DNA of 45,526 bases from Pseudomonadota bacterium (GTDB lineage Bacteria; Desulfobacterota; Desulfobulbia; Desulfobulbales; SURF-16): positions 1 through 45,526 of the forward strand of contig JAUVQZ010000002.1 in NCBI GenBank assembly GCA_030597865.1, written 5' to 3'. Below are positions 10,397 through 21,135 of this stretch, in pieces. Under the pieces are notes generated by a model. The model saw only the letters and a program-made list of their open reading frames with translations, did not search any database and had not been told where the DNA came from. Position 1 is the stretch's first letter. The number at the start of each line of letters is the position of its first letter. The translations under genes were made by a program, and so were the position numbers.

Positions 10397-11281
10397 ATGA
10401 AGATAAAGACCAACGAAGATAAACTGGTCTGCCAGTCGGTGATTGGCGAAATCACCTCGCCCCTGGGCGGTATCAACCCCTATCGGATCAATCCGGATGG
10501 CCACTCTGACATCTATCCAGGGGTGGGCGGCATCACCTATAATGTCCGCATTGGCGACAGGGCCTGTGGTCTTTTTGCCGACCATGTTGAACCCGGGGTT
10601 TCCATCTCCAACTTCACCCAGTTTTCCGGTCAGCCAGGACCGAACCGGGCCCTCAACCTTTTTTCCTGCGTGGGCAATGTGGCATGCGTGGTATCGGGCG
10701 AGGCCAAGGGTGCCACGGGCCGGGTCACGGGCAAGCACGGCGGCATTGACCATGTGCTCCTTGACTTTAGCCCCAAAGTTCTGGAGCAGCTGGTGATCGG
10801 CGACAAGATCCAGATAAAGGCCGTGGGATGCGGCCTGGGCCTGGCCGATCATCCAACAATCAAGCTGCTCAATATGGATCCGGCCCTGTTTACGGCCTTG
10901 GGGATAAAAGCACACCAGGACGGCCACCTTGAGGTTCCGGTCACCCACACCATTCCCGCCAAAATCATGGGCTCCGGCATTGGTCATTCCCACTCAAACT
11001 CCGGTGATTACGACATCCAGCTCTTTGACAAACCAACCGTTGACGAGTATGGTCTGGAAAATTTGCGCCTAGGTGACTTTGTCGCCATCATGGATGCCGA
11101 TGCCACCTATGGCAGAATCTACAAGACAGGCGGCGTGGTCATCGCTATCATTGTTCATTCCGACTGCGTGCTGGCCGGCCACGGACCGGGCGCCATGGTT
11201 GCTATGGCCTCCAAGGATGGCCTGATTATCCCGAAAATAGACGCCAAGGCCAACCTGAGCAGATATTTCAAAAAACTTTAA
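10397..11281 (+). CDS. conserved hypothetical protein (DUF4438-like, from memory)
   Basis: ATG 10397 lies 6 nt after AGGAG (10386-10390). The frame has clean coding composition and ends 21 nt before pyrE. The family assignment is tentative. Confidence 0.7.
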   Translation: MKIKTNEDKLVCQSVIGEITSPLGGINPYRINPDGHSDIYPGVGGITYNVRIGDRACGLFADHVEPGVSISNFTQFSGQPGPNRALNLFSCVGNVACVVSGEAKGATGRVTGKHGGIDHVLLDFSPKVLEQLVIGDKIQIKAVGCGLGLADHPTIKLLNMDPALFTALGIKAHQDGHLEVPVTHTIPAKIMGSGIGHSHSNSGDYDIQLFDKPTVDEYGLENLRLGDFVAIMDADATYGRIYKTGGVVIAIIVHSDCVLAGHGPGAMVAMASKDGLIIPKIDAKANLSRYFKKL

Positions 11282-11302
11282 TCCTCTTCCGGAACAATCA
11301 CC

Positions 11303-11860
11303 ATGAACGACAGACAGCGTTTGAAGGATATCCTTCTTGAAAAATCATACCGCAAGGGCACCTTCACCCTTTCCTCCGGCCGGGAATCAGATTTCTATAT
11401 TGATGTCAAACAGACCAGCCTGGATGCCGAAGGCGCCCTGCTCTGCGGCAAACAGATCTTTGAACTGATCACCAGGCATCCCGAAGAGATAGGGGCTGTG
11501 GGCGGCATGACCTTAGGGGCTGATCCGCTGGTGACTGCCGCCTCCATTGCCAGTTTTCTGGACGGCAAGAATCCCATCCCTGCCTTTATCGTCAGAAAGG
11601 AGGCCAAGGGCCACGGTACCGGTCAGTTTCTTGAGGGCCAGAAAAACATGGCGGCCGGCTGCAAGGTAACCCTCCTTGAAGACGTGGTCACCAGCGGTGG
11701 CACCCTCATCCAGGTCATTGACCGGGTGGAGGCCCAGGGCTTCAAGGTGGTGCAGATTATCACCGTGGTGGATCGTGAGGAGGGAGGCGCTGAGGTCCTT
11801 GCGGAACGCGGCTTTGCCCTGGAGGCCATTTTCACCCGCACCCAGCTCCTGGCCGGTTAA
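11303..11860 (+). CDS. pyrE: orotate phosphoribosyltransferase
   Basis: The 185-aa ORF contains FTLSSGRESDFYIDVKQ and the PRPP loop VTLLEDVVTSGGT. Confidence 0.93.
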   Translation: MNDRQRLKDILLEKSYRKGTFTLSSGRESDFYIDVKQTSLDAEGALLCGKQIFELITRHPEEIGAVGGMTLGADPLVTAASIASFLDGKNPIPAFIVRKEAKGHGTGQFLEGQKNMAAGCKVTLLEDVVTSGGTLIQVIDRVEAQGFKVVQIITVVDREEGGAEVLAERGFALEAIFTRTQLLAG

Positions 11861-11916
11861 GCCGTTATCAGGGCAATGACAACTGAACATTGCCCCATTA
11901 ATAAGGTAGTTATGTG

Positions 11917-12087
11917 ATGAAGTGCAGAGAATGTAACGAAAATTTAGAGGTGGCCCGCTCCTGTGGCCGGGTACGGATGCGCTGCACCTCCTGTGGCAAT
12001 GAATACCAGATCCACGAGGTGGCTGCCGATCTTGATGATAAGACCGTGGCCATCCTGGAACGTTACACCGCCATCATCTATGATTAG
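11917..12087 (+). CDS. 56-aa dual-CXXC (zinc-ribbon-like) small protein, below the ORF-track cutoff
   Basis: The frame from ATG 11917 to TAG 12087 gives MKCRECNENLEVARSCGRVRMRCTSCGNEYQIHEVAADLDDKTVAILERYTAIIYD. It has CxxC at residues 3-6 and 23-26. Confidence 0.6.
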   Translation: MKCRECNENLEVARSCGRVRMRCTSCGNEYQIHEVAADLDDKTVAILERYTAIIYD

Positions 12088-12119
12088 GCTTAGGCAACGC
12101 CGCCATTTCAGCACAAGCC

Positions 12120-14105
12120 CTACCAATCCAGCCGAAAACTATTATCCAGGGCACTGACCTTGGCAAGCTTCACCCTGACCGTATCCCCTGCCTCGACATG
12201 GCCCGCCGGGTTGTGGGGCAGATCGCCCTCCATGAGGATATCGCTGAGCACCACCTGCACACGCCGGGCCTGGATATCAAGGACCAGGGCATCCATGGAA
12301 TTTCCCACCCCCACACCCTCCTCCAGATAACGCAACAGCCAGTAACGATGGCGCTGGTTCCGTACCCGGTTTGCCCGGCCCACCCCATGCAGGATATTGC
12401 CGACAAAGCCTTTGCAATCCTTTTCGGTAAAGGGCGTACCCTTGCGGCTGATAATGCCCACGAGCTGATGCTGCATGACCAGATCCAGGAAGCGGCGGAT
12501 GGGCGAGGTCACCGTGGTATAACAATCGGCACCCACACCACTGTGGGACTTGGCCACGGTAAGAAGATGTCCCCTGGACAGGCAACGGCGCTGCCGAAAG
12601 TTGAGAAAGAGATCCCGTTGCAGTCCCTCAAAAAGACGCTGACGGGGCGGATCCTGGCTGCGATAAAGCCCGGGCTCCATCCGGCTTGAGACATACTGGG
12701 CCCCCAGGACATTGGCCAGCACCATAAACTCGGCCACCAGGGTGCGCGACAGGCTGTCTGAATCGGCCAGTCTCACCTCCACCCCTTCATCCAGCCGGAT
12801 ATTGACATCAGGAACCGGCATCACCACCGCGCCGCCGGCCACCCTCCGCGCCAGGAGCTTCTGGGCAAGATCGGTGAGGACAACTATCTCCCCATCGCTC
12901 TTCTGCTCCGCCATATCCAGGGCCTCAACATAGCTCAACCGGCGCTTGACATTGACCACACTGCGGACAATACGGGAATTGACCACCTCACCCGCCGGGG
13001 TCAACTCAACCAAGGTGGAGATGGCCGGCCGATCAACACCGGCGATAAGGCTGCAACTCTTTTCCGACAGGCTGTGGGGCAGCATGGAGATCTGGCGGTC
13101 CGCCATATAGATGGAGGTGGACCGTTCGCGGGCCGTGTCAAAAAGCAGGTCGCCGGGCCGGACATAATGACTGACATCGGCGATATGGATACCCACCAGA
13201 AAATTATCACCCTTTTTTTCAAGATGGAGGGCATCATCAAGGTCGCGGGTGGAGGCCGCGTCAATGGTGAGCAGGGGTTTATCGCGTAAATCCAGGCGTC
13301 CCTCATCAAAGAAATCCAGGCGCTGCTCCTGAACAGCAAGGGCCTGCTCTTCCTCTGCCTCTGAAAAATCAGTGGGCAGATCAGACTTTAACAGGGGGAT
13401 ATTCTCATCCTCATGCCAGATGCCTGCCCTGACCAGGATAAAATAGGGATCATTGGGCCGTCCGAGGTTGGCCCTTTTCAGAAGCTCACGGGTGGTTGCC
13501 GCATCCACGGCATCATTGCCCTGGAGATAGAAGTTCTCCACCATCTCCAGACAGAGCTGGCGCTCCGGCCAGTCGCAGGCAGCGTCACCATCATAGATGG
13601 CCCGCAGACCCTGGCCACCTTTTTCAAGGAGCGCCTCTTTTTCCTGCTCTTTGTGGGCCATGACCTGCAGCTGCTCCACCACCTCTTGGGAGTGAACCTG
13701 CACCCTGCCCTCTTTATATTTAAAATAGTACCTGTCGCCAAAAACGCAGCGCACAAAGGCGGCAACATGATCATCCGTGGCAGCCTCGGCAAAGGCAAGC
13801 TCGGCAAAAAAAGGGGCGGGGAAGGCGGCCTGCTCCTCGCCCACGGCAAGCTCCCAGATATCCTGGAGATTAATGGGCCCCATCATGGCCTGGCGGCGGG
13901 CTGCGGTTTCCTGGAGCAGGGCCATGGCGGCCTCGCGGCTGTCAGCGCTGAACTTCTTGTCGGAAAGATGGACGATGCGGGCTTGGGGCAGCTTCATTTC
14001 CCGGCCATTTTGATTAATGACCCGCAGTCGCTTACCATCTTCACCCTGGACCAGGGCGCAGATAAATTTACCCTGATCAACATATTCTACAATTTTCCCC
14101 AGCAC
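12120..14105 (-). CDS. RNase II/R-family 3'-5' exoribonuclease (RNB domain plus C-terminal S1-like domain)
   Basis: RNB motifs are present (TIDAASTRDLDDALH, ...SPIRRFLDLVMQHQ). The stop at 12120 is firm. The start is uncertain: the ORF is open to 14195, but I prefer GTG 14105 (VLGKIVEYVDQGKFI...), which leaves a promoter gap to divergent era. Confidence 0.85.
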   Translation of the reverse strand: MLGKIVEYVDQGKFICALVQGEDGKRLRVINQNGREMKLPQARIVHLSDKKFSADSREAAMALLQETAARRQAMMGPINLQDIWELAVGEEQAAFPAPFFAELAFAEAATDDHVAAFVRCVFGDRYYFKYKEGRVQVHSQEVVEQLQVMAHKEQEKEALLEKGGQGLRAIYDGDAACDWPERQLCLEMVENFYLQGNDAVDAATTRELLKRANLGRPNDPYFILVRAGIWHEDENIPLLKSDLPTDFSEAEEEQALAVQEQRLDFFDEGRLDLRDKPLLTIDAASTRDLDDALHLEKKGDNFLVGIHIADVSHYVRPGDLLFDTARERSTSIYMADRQISMLPHSLSEKSCSLIAGVDRPAISTLVELTPAGEVVNSRIVRSVVNVKRRLSYVEALDMAEQKSDGEIVVLTDLAQKLLARRVAGGAVVMPVPDVNIRLDEGVEVRLADSDSLSRTLVAEFMVLANVLGAQYVSSRMEPGLYRSQDPPRQRLFEGLQRDLFLNFRQRRCLSRGHLLTVAKSHSGVGADCYTTVTSPIRRFLDLVMQHQLVGIISRKGTPFTEKDCKGFVGNILHGVGRANRVRNQRHRYWLLRYLEEGVGVGNSMDALVLDIQARRVQVVLSDILMEGDLPHNPAGHVEAGDTVRVKLAKVSALDNSFRLDW

Positions 14106-14262
14106 GTTCTTCCCGCCTTCCAGTTTAGGGTAGCCTTTATTTGATCCCGCCCCAGTGAAACCGGGCTTCCGCATACTTGCGGGACATGGTGACACATGGT
14201 ACTTTGGCCTCAGAAATCACGATGTACCAACTATCTCCCCCTTTGTCACTGTGAATCCATCC

Positions 14263-15156
14263 ATGAAAACCGTTGAAGAAAAGATCAAAACCGGGGTTGT
14301 CGCCCTGGTGGGTCCGCCCAATGTCGGCAAATCCACCCTGCTCAACACCCTGCTGGGCCAAAAGATATCCATTGTCTCCCCAAAGGCCCAGACCACCAGG
14401 AACCGCATCATGGGGATTATCAACGGTGAAGGCCACCAGATTCTTCTGCTCGATACCCCGGGTATCCACCAGGCCGATTCCCCGCTCAATAAAGAGATGG
14501 TAAAGATTGCCCTGGACTCTCTCCATGACGTGGAAATCATCATCTTCATGATCGATGTCACCTACCCGCTGCCGGAACGGCTGACCAGCGCCAAGCAGGT
14601 TCTGGAGAAAACGGGCAAGCCCGTCATCCTGTTGATCAACAAAATCGACCTCATTGACACAAAGACGCTGTTCCCCATCCTAGAGGCCTATGACGCCCTG
14701 TTTCCCTTCCAGGCCATGCTGCCCATCTCAGCCCTAAAGGCAAACGGCTGTGACCAGCTCATCGCTGAGATCCTCAAACTTCTGCCCACCCGCCCCCGCG
14801 CCTATCCCGACGACATCCCCACCGATGTCACGGAGCGTTTTATTGTCAGCGAGCTGATCAGGGAAAAAATCTTCAACCTCACCCATCAGGAGATTCCCTA
14901 CTCAACGGCGGTGGTGATTGACAGCTTTAAGGAAGAGAAGGACAGGGTGATGATCCATGCCACCATCCAGCTGGAACGAAGCTCCCAGAAGGGGATTATC
15001 ATTGGCAAACAGGGGAAGATGCTGGCCCGCATCGGTCGTGAGGCCAGAAAGGACATGGAGGAATTACTCGGCACCAACGTGGTGCTCAAGCTCTGGGTGA
15101 AGGTGGTGAAGGACTGGTCAAGGAACATGCGCTCCCTGCGGGAACTTGGCTTTTAG
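14263..15156 (+). CDS. era: GTPase Era
   Basis: ATG 14263 gives MKTVEEKIKTGVVALVGPPNVGKSTLLN, then DTPG, NKID and a C-terminal KH domain. The track ORF from 14155 adds an implausible extension. Confidence 0.93.
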   Translation: MKTVEEKIKTGVVALVGPPNVGKSTLLNTLLGQKISIVSPKAQTTRNRIMGIINGEGHQILLLDTPGIHQADSPLNKEMVKIALDSLHDVEIIIFMIDVTYPLPERLTSAKQVLEKTGKPVILLINKIDLIDTKTLFPILEAYDALFPFQAMLPISALKANGCDQLIAEILKLLPTRPRAYPDDIPTDVTERFIVSELIREKIFNLTHQEIPYSTAVVIDSFKEEKDRVMIHATIQLERSSQKGIIIGKQGKMLARIGREARKDMEELLGTNVVLKLWVKVVKDWSRNMRSLRELGF

Positions 15157-15254
15157 TTGTCCCTGCAGACATCTTGACAAAGGTAGCAGGCAACGGTGTG
15201 GTTCTTCACAGCCTGCTTGATCCAGGCCCGGCGGCCTGCCTGCCACAAAATCTC

Positions 15255-15629
15255 CTATAATTTTGCCCGCGCCTCCACCAGACGCTGGATCTTTTGCTGA
15301 TCACGCCTTGACATGTCTTGAAACTGGCAGCCTGCCGAGACGATATCGAGAAAATTCTGGTCAATCACCCAGCGCACCTCCATACGCACCTCTTCGACAT
15401 CCTGCAACTCAGCCAGGCCATTTAAACCCATCAGGGTTAGATGATCTCCGGGCTGTAATACCCTTCCACCATTGCGTTTCTGGCTCAACTGCAGACCGCC
15501 ACTGCTGATATTAAGAATATCGACAAAAAAAGGCTCACCACCGCTACCATTAATGGCAGCAGCGATCTTTTCGCCGTTATTGAAAAAGGTACGGGGTGAA
15601 CTTCTCTTTTCCACAAACGATGATCCCAT
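15255..15629 (-). CDS. PilZ-domain protein (c-di-GMP receptor family)
   Basis: The 124-aa ORF has the RxxxR motif (RSSPR) and the D/NxSxxG motif (DILNISSGG). Confidence 0.8.
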   Translation of the reverse strand: MGSSFVEKRSSPRTFFNNGEKIAAAINGSGGEPFFVDILNISSGGLQLSQKRNGGRVLQPGDHLTLMGLNGLAELQDVEEVRMEVRWVIDQNFLDIVSAGCQFQDMSRRDQQKIQRLVEARAKL

Positions 15630-15750
15630 AATTCTCTCCCTGGATTAATGTCGCATCCAGGTGAGTCTATCAAAAAAGAAAGTTCACTGGCAAGTGGTTA
15701 GTTAACAGAGGCAAGGCAGAAGGAAGCATTTCTCCGCCAAAGACGACCAT

Positions 15751-15789
15751 AAAAAAAAGCCCCGCCAGAACTGGCGGGGCTTTTTTTTA
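15751..15789. terminator. bidirectional intrinsic terminator
   Basis: AAAAAAAAGCCCCGCCAG-AA-CTGGCGGGGCTTTTTTTT. Confidence 0.85.
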
Positions 15790-15791
15790 TG

Positions 15792-16097
15792 TTAAACTAT
15801 AACATCAATTGTCGATTTAGAATCTTCCGGGGGCGGCTGAGGTCTTGATTCATAACGGTCGGTGCTTGACTCCATACGATTTTTATCCGCTGCCTGGGAG
15901 GCCTCAGAGGTTGCCCGGGATGTCTCCAGGGCTGCCGCTGAAAAATCGGCAACAACTGCGGAACCTGCCTCACTGGCCTGACCAGCCCGGCTCATTTCAT
16001 TTTCCCGGGTGGGGGACTTAATTTTCGTACCGCTATCTAAATTCTGGGGTCTATTATTGTCCTGGACAGTGGTAATACTTGCGCCATCAATAGCCAT
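15792..16097 (-). CDS. hypothetical 101-aa Ser/Ala/Glu-rich, probably disordered protein
   Basis: The ATG is preceded by GGAGGG, and a terminator immediately follows the stop. I recognised no motif. Confidence 0.55.
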   Translation of the reverse strand: MAIDGASITTVQDNNRPQNLDSGTKIKSPTRENEMSRAGQASEAGSAVVADFSAAALETSRATSEASQAADKNRMESSTDRYESRPQPPPEDSKSTIDVIV

Positions 16098-16445
16098 AAT
16101 GTCCCTCCGTACAAAATTTATCTTTCATAAACCATCTTTTACAATAAGTATCTTTTTGCCATTTCGCTAGTGTTGGTTTTTATTTTTTTCTTTCTCCTTA
16201 TTTTTTAAGCACTTACCCATGCTTGACATGGGCCACCCAGAGGTTGTTCCCCCTGAACCCCCTGGGGCGGCAAAAATAATCCTCCCCTCCCTTTGTCAGC
16301 TGCTTTTTTGTGGGAAACGTGCGTTCTGCCATTGTATTTTGCTGCCAAACTATTTATGACAGAGTGTCAAAAAATAATATCTTAAATCGATCCGCACCAA
16401 GCCTTGGCCGGATCGTTACTCCAATTTGTCTCAAGGACACCTATT

Positions 16446-17930
16446 ATGGCCAACGAAGTTAGACTCCGCTTTCCCCCAAGCCCCACAGGCTATCTGCATA
16501 TCGGCGGGGCACGCACCGCTATTTTAAACTGGCTCTATGCCCGAAAGCATAACGGCAAACTCATCCTGCGCATTGAGGATACCGATGCCGAGCGCTCCAC
16601 CGAGGCATCTATCCAGGGCATTATGGATGGCCTTAACTGGCTGGGTATTGACTGGGACGAGGGCCCCTATTTCCAGACCGACTTTACCGGGGATCACCAG
16701 GCCGCAGGCCAGAAACTTCTCGACACAGGCAAGGCCTATAAATGTTTCTGCACCAAGGAGGTGCTTGATGCCAAACGGCAGGCCGCCCTGGCAGCCAAAC
16801 AGGAGGTCAGGTATGACGGCACCTGCCGCAATCTGAGCCCTGAGGAGATTGCTGACCAAGAGGCGGCAGGCATCCCGTCCGTGCTTCGCTTCAAGGTTCC
16901 TGAGCGCGATGGCTCTGTGGGCTATGACGACAAGGTCTTGGGCCGTATCGAACAAAAGTACTGCGAGATTTCCGACTTTGTCATTGTCCGCTCCAACGGC
17001 AAACCCCTGTATCTGCTGTGCAATGTGGTGGATGATATCCGTGACCGCATCTCCCATGTCGTTCGTGGCCAGGACCACAAGGATAACACCAACCGCCAGA
17101 TCCTCCTCTATGAGGCCCTGGGGGCGCCGGTCCCGGTCTTTGCCCACATGCCGCTGACCCTGGACACCAAAAAGGCCAAGATCTCCAAACGCAGCCATGG
17201 CGAAATAGTCGCGGTTCACTGGTATCGCGACCACGGCTTTCTCCCTTGGGCCATGATCAACTTTCTCTGCCTGCTGGGCTGGTCCGCCGGTGATGACCGG
17301 GAAATCTTTTCAAAGGATGAATTGCTCGAGGCCTTCACCCTGGAGCGCATCAATAAGTCAAACGCCGTCTTTAATTATAAAAAGGATGACCCGAAATTCA
17401 TCACCGACCCCAAGCTCCTCAATATCAACGCCCATTACCTGCGCACCATGGACCTTGAAGAGCTGGCCGTCCTGGTCAAAAAGGAGTTGGAGAGTGCCGG
17501 TATCTGGCAGGCGGCCTATGGGGGGGAACGCAAGGGATGGTTCTTAAAGACCCTGGACATGAGCCGCGAACGTTTCTACACCCTGAAGGATTTTAGCACC
17601 GAGGGCAGGGCCTGGTTTGCCGACGATTTTGCCATGTGCCCCAAGGCCCTAAAGAAAAATGTCCGTAAGCATGATCAACTTAGAGAATGGTTGCCGGAGC
17701 TGGCCGACAGAATGGCCGCCCTGGATGATTTCAGCGCGGATGAGACCGAGAAGGCGGCCCGGGACTTTGCCGAGGAAAAGGATATCAAGCCCGGCATCCC
17801 CATTAACGCCTCCCGCGCCGTCTTGACCGGTCAGATCAAAGGACCCTCCATGTTTGAGGTCTTTGCCCATCTTGGCAAAGAGACCGTGGTCCGCCGCTTG
17901 CGGGAGTCTGGCAGGTGGTTTGAAAAATAA
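16446..17930 (+). CDS. gltX: glutamyl-tRNA synthetase
   Basis: ATG 16446 gives MANEVRLRFPPSPTGYLHIGGARTA (HIGH motif), and a KISKR (KMSKS) motif follows. The TTG at 16404 in the track is not needed. Confidence 0.95.
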   Translation: MANEVRLRFPPSPTGYLHIGGARTAILNWLYARKHNGKLILRIEDTDAERSTEASIQGIMDGLNWLGIDWDEGPYFQTDFTGDHQAAGQKLLDTGKAYKCFCTKEVLDAKRQAALAAKQEVRYDGTCRNLSPEEIADQEAAGIPSVLRFKVPERDGSVGYDDKVLGRIEQKYCEISDFVIVRSNGKPLYLLCNVVDDIRDRISHVVRGQDHKDNTNRQILLYEALGAPVPVFAHMPLTLDTKKAKISKRSHGEIVAVHWYRDHGFLPWAMINFLCLLGWSAGDDREIFSKDELLEAFTLERINKSNAVFNYKKDDPKFITDPKLLNINAHYLRTMDLEELAVLVKKELESAGIWQAAYGGERKGWFLKTLDMSRERFYTLKDFSTEGRAWFADDFAMCPKALKKNVRKHDQLREWLPELADRMAALDDFSADETEKAARDFAEEKDIKPGIPINASRAVLTGQIKGPSMFEVFAHLGKETVVRRLRESGRWFEK

Positions 17931-18100
17931 CCTGCCGGGCCTTTAAGGCCCAGTTGTCAGTCGTCAGCAGTCAAAATTGGCAACTGCAACTTAGGATCTC
18001 AAAAAAACAAGGGGTCAGGGCCAGAAATAGCGTCTGGAAAAATCCTATCTGCCAACTGACCCCTGATAACTGACAACTAAAAAAATCCGCAGGCCTTGAA

Positions 18101-19786
18101 ATGTCCGAAATTGACACAAGCAATCTTGATTTTATCCGTACCATTGTCGCCAAAGATCTGGCGGCCGGCAAGAATGACGGCCGTCTGGTAACCCGCTTTC
18201 CACCGGAGCCCAATGGCTATCTCCATATCGGTCATGCCAAGTCCATCTGCCTTAACTTCGGCCTGGCCCAGGAGTATGACCAGGGCGTCTGCCATATGCG
18301 CTTTGACGATACCAATCCTGAGAAGGAGGAGGTGGAGTACACCGAGGCAATCATGACAGATGTCAAGTGGCTGGGCTTTGACTGGGGGGACAACCTCTTT
18401 TACGCCTCCGACTATTTTGACCAGCTCTACGACCATGCTGTTCAGCTCATCAAAATGGGCAAGGCCTATGTCTGCAGCCTAAGCGCCGAGGAGATGCGCG
18501 CCTACCGGGGCACCATGAAGGAGCCGGGCAAGAACAGCCCCTTCCGGGACAGGGGCGTGGAGGAGAACCTTACCCTCTTTGAGGGCATGAAAAATGGCGA
18601 GTTCAGCGATGGTGAGCATCTGCTGCGGGCCAAGATCGACATGGCATCACCCAATTTCAACATGCGCGACCCGGCCATCTACCGGATCCGCAAGGTCAGC
18701 CACCACCGCACCGGTGACACATGGTGTATCTACCCCATGTACGACTTCACCCACTGCCTCTCCGATGCCATGGAGAAGATCACCCACTCCCTCTGCACCC
18801 TGGAGTTTGCCGACCACCGCCCCCTCTACGACTGGGTGCTGGACACCTTGCAGACCCCCTGCCATCCCCAGCAGATTGAATTTGCCCGGCTGAACCTCAA
18901 CTTCACGGTGATGAGTAAACGCAAGCTCATGCAGCTGGTCAATGGGGGCTTAGTCAACGGCTGGGATGATCCGCGCATGCTGACCATCTCCGGCCTCCGG
19001 CGCCGGGGCTACACACCGGCCTCCATCCGCAACTTCTGCACCGAGATCGGCCTTGCCAAACGGGAGAGCCGCATTGATATGGGGGTGCTTGAAAATGCCA
19101 TCCGTCATGATCTCAACGACATAGCCCCCCGTCGCCAGGGCGTTCTCAACCCGCTGAAGGTGGTCATCACCAACTATCCTGAAGAGATGGAGGAGGAGTT
19201 GGAGATTGCCAACCACCCCAAAAACCCGGACATGGGCACGCGGATGATCCCCTTTAGTCAGGAGATCTACATCGACCGTGATGATTTCATGGAAGAGCCT
19301 GTCAAAAAATTCTTCCGCCTCGCCCCCGGCCGCGAGGTGCGCCTGCGGGCCGCCTACTTCATCACCTGCAACGAGGTCATCAAGGATGCGCAGGGTGAGA
19401 TTGTCGAGTTGCACTGCAGCTATGATCCGGCCAGCCGCGGCGGTTCATCCCCGGATGGCCGTAAGGTCAAGGGCACCCTGCACTGGGTCTCGGCCCGCCA
19501 TGCCCTGGATGCCGAGGTTCGTCTCTACGACCGCCTGTTTAACAAGGAAAATCCGGAGGATGACCCTGATGTTGACTTCAAGGAAAATCTCAACTCCGAC
19601 TCCCTCAAAATCCTCACAAACTGCAAGCTGGAGCCGTCTCTGGTCGAGGCAACCCCAGGCGACCATTTTCAGTTTGAGCGGGTGGGATTCTTTTGCCTGG
19701 ACAGCAAGGAGGGCACACCGGCAAATCCGGTTTTCAACCGCACCGTCACCCTGCGTGATACCTGGGCAAAACTGGCCAGGAAATAG
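18101..19786 (+). CDS. glnS: glutaminyl-tRNA synthetase
   Basis: The 561-aa ORF has [18 protein letters not shown] (HIGH) and VMSKRKL (KMSKS), plus a typical GlnRS C-terminal anticodon-binding region. Confidence 0.95.
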   Translation: MSEIDTSNLDFIRTIVAKDLAAGKNDGRLVTRFPPEPNGYLHIGHAKSICLNFGLAQEYDQGVCHMRFDDTNPEKEEVEYTEAIMTDVKWLGFDWGDNLFYASDYFDQLYDHAVQLIKMGKAYVCSLSAEEMRAYRGTMKEPGKNSPFRDRGVEENLTLFEGMKNGEFSDGEHLLRAKIDMASPNFNMRDPAIYRIRKVSHHRTGDTWCIYPMYDFTHCLSDAMEKITHSLCTLEFADHRPLYDWVLDTLQTPCHPQQIEFARLNLNFTVMSKRKLMQLVNGGLVNGWDDPRMLTISGLRRRGYTPASIRNFCTEIGLAKRESRIDMGVLENAIRHDLNDIAPRRQGVLNPLKVVITNYPEEMEEELEIANHPKNPDMGTRMIPFSQEIYIDRDDFMEEPVKKFFRLAPGREVRLRAAYFITCNEVIKDAQGEIVELHCSYDPASRGGSSPDGRKVKGTLHWVSARHALDAEVRLYDRLFNKENPEDDPDVDFKENLNSDSLKILTNCKLEPSLVEATPGDHFQFERVGFFCLDSKEGTPANPVFNRTVTLRDTWAKLARK

Positions 19787-19833
19787 TCTGATCTAAAACC
19801 TTCAGACCCTTACCGAAACTCCACCGCCATTAT

Positions 19834-21135
19834 TCATGGACATAATGGCGGATCCAGGAGAACCGCCACCTTGCCATCCCCCCCATCCCCTAACAACAGA
19901 CAGGTGGACTGGGGGAGGAAGGTCATGGTGTCATCGTGCACAAGCCCCAGCTCAATATTTTTAGAACTGCCAACCCCCTCCTCCTCAAGATGAGCGCTTA
20001 AGGCCTCAATGCCGCCCTCCAGGGAAAAAAGCCTTGCAAAATCACGGGCCAGGAGCTCCTGGCGCAGCATGCCCAACATATGGCAGGCCTGGACATTGAC
20101 ATAGGACAGGGCCCCTGTCCGGCGCTCAAAGACAAAGACCGCATTACTGGTGTGATCCATGAGGCCTTTGAAAAGGGCGCGGTCTTGGGCCGCCTCCAGC
20201 CCTTCCAGATAGCGGGCCAGCCGGGAGCAGACCGTTTCAACAAGGGCCTGTTCCTCCCTGGAAAACACCCTTTCGCCATCAACGGGGGGGTGCTCAAGAT
20301 AGCTGACCTCTATGGCCCCCCTCTTCTCACCTGCCACCTCAATATCGCAGCCCATCCGCCACGGCGTGGCCTGGTAATTTTCAGTGCTGGCCCCATGCCC
20401 GTTTACACTTACTTCTGCCTCGGCAAGATGGGGAAATTGCATGGCAAGGGGTAGGAGCTGGCTGATTTTTGCCATCACCTCGGACTGGGTCAGGGAGGGA
20501 TCACCAAGAAACCCGGCCACCCCGAAAAGACAATGGAGCTCCTGCACCCTCTTGGTGAGATTGGTATGAAGGCGCTCAACCTGGTTCCTGGTGATGGCCA
20601 GGTCGGTGAGATCCAGATAGGTTTTCAGGGTGAAGACCGAACCGTTAATGGTGGTCGGCACCACCTTCTCCAGCACGGGGAAATGTTCGCCCGTGGACCT
20701 GAGCAGCTGCCGATGGCGAACATTCTCCCCGCCGGAGACGATATTTCTAAACTCATCAAGCTCCTCGCCCCCCTCCCCCTCCTTGACCTCAAACTCCTCA
20801 ATGGGACGGCCAATGATCTTCCCCTTGTCCAGTCCGATCATCTTGCAGGCAGCGGGGTTGACAAACTCTATCATCCGGCTCACCGGGTTAACCACGGCCA
20901 CACCGGTCTGGATGGCGGACAGAATGGTGCGGAGACGTTCCTCTGACTCCTGGAGCTGTTGTCGGCCCTTGCGGCCCGTGACCTGATGCTTCCGAAGACG
21001 GCGTAGGATGAGGCGCAGCTGTTGACGGAAGAGAAAATAATGAAACAACCAGGCAGCCAGAAAGACTGCTGGTATGAGCAGGGGCCAATAACGGCGACTG
21101 AAATCGTCAAAGAGGACAAATAAATCCGAACCCAT
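19834..21135 (-). CDS. membrane-anchored PAS-domain sensor protein with no recognisable output domain
   Basis: One N-terminal transmembrane segment (YWPLLIPAVFLAAWLFHYFLF) is followed by a PAS region (RLRTILSAIQTGVAVVNP...), a GAF-like middle and a second PAS-like C-terminus. There is no HisKA/HATPase, GGDEF or HD motif. The start is ATG 21135 (GGGAG upstream) or GTG 21180. Confidence 0.75.
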   Translation of the reverse strand: MGSDLFVLFDDFSRRYWPLLIPAVFLAAWLFHYFLFRQQLRLILRRLRKHQVTGRKGRQQLQESEERLRTILSAIQTGVAVVNPVSRMIEFVNPAACKMIGLDKGKIIGRPIEEFEVKEGEGGEELDEFRNIVSGGENVRHRQLLRSTGEHFPVLEKVVPTTINGSVFTLKTYLDLTDLAITRNQVERLHTNLTKRVQELHCLFGVAGFLGDPSLTQSEVMAKISQLLPLAMQFPHLAEAEVSVNGHGASTENYQATPWRMGCDIEVAGEKRGAIEVSYLEHPPVDGERVFSREEQALVETVCSRLARYLEGLEAAQDRALFKGLMDHTSNAVFVFERRTGALSYVNVQACHMLGMLRQELLARDFARLFSLEGGIEALSAHLEEEGVGSSKNIELGLVHDDTMTFLPQSTCLLLGDGGDGKVAVLLDPPLCP

